Of a DNA stretch of 64,000 bases, positions 62,111 to 64,000 are shown one piece after another. Within the stretch, counting starts at the first letter, position 1; each line of letters begins with the position of its first letter. The notes beneath the pieces were generated by a model. It saw only the letters and a list, made by a program, of their open reading frames with translations. It did no database searches and was not told where the DNA came from. The stretch comes from Cystobasidiomycetes sp. EMM_F5 (taxonomy: Eukaryota). A program made the position numbers and the translations under genes. The stretch lies in contig JBPGPT010000013.1 in NCBI GenBank assembly GCA_051047955.1, forward strand, positions 310,001 through 374,000, read 5' to 3'.

Positions 62111-62570
62111 AGCTGGTTGCTGCAAAAATGGGCAGGTTTCGAGGCAAGACAAGCCTGACAGCGTGAACTTAATGACAAGCAGGAAAGAAAGAAGGCCGCC
62201 ACAGCGAGCAAGAGGCCTTTCACAACGGACTGGTGTACGTGAGGCAGTGACTTTGAACAACTCGAAGAAGTCGATAACAACCCAAGCTTTTTAAGGAAAC
62301 GGCACAAACTAGCATTTCAAGCTCGGTCTTTTCGCGACGGAGAACTGAGACTGACGGACTTGGTGTGAAATCAAGGTGCTACTCTACTGATACTTTAGAA
62401 CCTTCAGAGTGCACTGAAGTCAAGTTGCTCTGCGCCGTTCTATTCATCCGCAGCTTTACACGAAGTTGGTAAAAATGCCGAACCGAAACCCGAAAAGCTG
62501 GAGTAATTCCCGTGGAGCTCCGGGTTGCTTTCTACCTCTTTCTTCCTGTCAATTCAACTCATATATCACC

Positions 62571-63947
62571 ATGAAGCACCCTTCCTTCAGTGAAGCTCTC
62601 ATCGGGGCAGTCCTGACGTCTTCCGTGTTGGGACAAGCCACAAACTATTCGGCATGGATGGCAGTCAGCCAGATCTCACGAGGACAGGGTATCTTTACTG
62701 GTCTACTCGGGTCAAGCGAGTACTTTCAGTGCGGATTCACTCAGAAAGCTTTCCGCGCCTTCATCCAGCAGTATCCGAATGGCAACCAGACAAATACCAT
62801 TGGGGCGTACACGAACCGCTCTATCGATTCGATGATTGGCCCGCTCGGTAACGCTTCTGCAGACGTTGGAGTGTCCCTCGACCGCTTCTCAAACGGCAAT
62901 GGCTTCATCACTCGCTTTCAAGAGACGGGAAATGCGACCTATCGTCAGGCTGCGGATGCTTTAAGGCAATCCCTCAATCTTCAGCCGCGCAACAGCCTAG
63001 GTGGACTATGGTACTACGTATATCCTAAGTGAGAAATCCTAGCTCTCTTAGGCCGTTCCGCACTAATTGGGCCAATAAAAACAATATGTGAATAATCATA
63101 CATTGCTTTACGCAAATGATGGCATTTGCTTCACAAACATCTCATTAATAGCTGGAGCTACTTAGATGGTTTGTACTCGATGCCAATCTTCTACACAATC
63201 TATACAAACACGTTCAATTCGACAAATGCGACAGCCAGAAGCGATGCTGCCTTACAATTGGACCTGCTGTACCAAAACTGCCAAGATAATTCAACTGGTC
63301 TGCTCGTGCACGGTTACGACAGCTCAAAGACTGCCGTATGGGCCAACAACATCACCGGTGCCAGTTCGCAAGTGTGGGGCCGTGCGTTTGGCTGGTACTT
63401 TATGGGACTAGTCGACTACCTTCAAGTCGTTCCACAGAGTGAACCCTCGTACAACATCACCCTTTCCCGATTGCAGACGTTCAGCTCGCGCTTGGTAGCG
63501 TTGGCAGACCCGGCTAGCGGCGCTTGGTACCAGATTGTAGGGCAAGGCAACAGGACTGGCAACTATATCGAGAGCTCTGCTAGTAGCATGTTTACGTATG
63601 GTCTCCTCAAGGCGTCTCGGTTAGGTTACCTGAGTAATGCTACGATTGCAAATAATACAACATATCGCGCTGCAGCAGTCAAGGCGTACAGATACCTAGC
63701 ACAGACCTTTGTCGTCAATCAAGGCAACGGTACGCTCGGATGGAACGGAACGGTAGCGGTGTGCAGTCTGAACTCGACTGCGACGTATGAAGTGAGTTTG
63801 AGTTCTTGCTTAGAGTATCGATATGCTGATGAATGTTGTCTTGTGCAGTACTACACTGGCCGTCCAATCGAATACAACAATGTCCTCGGCAGCAATGCCT
63901 TCATCTTGGCTTCGCTAGAGTACGAGAGGCTGAATGTGACGATGTGA
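62571..63947 (+). CDS. Secreted glycoside hydrolase family 105 (unsaturated rhamnogalacturonyl/glucuronyl hydrolase)
   Basis: Signal peptide, GGLWYYVYPNWSYLDG, GLLVHGYD, WGRAFGWY and NYIESSASSMF. Introns at 63029-63151 and 63793-63849. Confidence 0.88.
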
Positions 63948-64000
63948 GGGTGATAAGCGTGATGGGAGGCAAGGGAACAGCAGTCAGTCATTCAGACAGT

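Noticed and set aside
1..64000. Mobile elements, CRISPR arrays, rRNA, snRNA and TGA-CTA readthrough signals
   Set aside because: I saw no transposase, RT, LTR, TIR or spaced repeats, and none of the TGA stops I checked is followed by CTA.

Overview
Compact, intron-rich fungal genomic DNA, most likely a basidiomycete yeast. This is inferred from 50-100 nt introns, GCTGAC/GCTGAT/GCTAAT branch sites and the gene repertoire. I can support about 26 spliced protein-coding genes, assembled by hand from the sequence. Housekeeping genes: MAK5, COQ11-like, CSM3/Swi3, FMP25-like, LIN1, NCA2, HAT1, SCJ1, MAK10 and DBR1. Other recognisable genes: a C2H2 factor, an arrestin-domain protein, a DOMON-cytochrome b561 protein, an SDR, a CBM21 PP1 subunit, a CHRD protein, a GH105 hydrolase and small secreted proteins. 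I found no rRNA, tRNA, CRISPR or clear transposon. Most notable: (1) a ~2,000-aa mostly low-complexity protein ending in a DCN1/PONY domain, head-to-head with a RING-H2 gene carrying a SIM-like motif; (2) a P450 / MFS / Zn2Cys6 three-gene cluster with periodic CCCCG sites in the shared promoter and an atypical P450 I-helix; (3) four to five GC-AG introns, including one in the debranching enzyme; (4) four tandem intergenic gaps of 166-170 nt; (5) a perfect forkhead-MCB-forkhead palindrome upstream of CSM3; (6) a spliced 108-aa ORF missing from the ORF track. No database search was possible, so family calls rest on remembered motifs.
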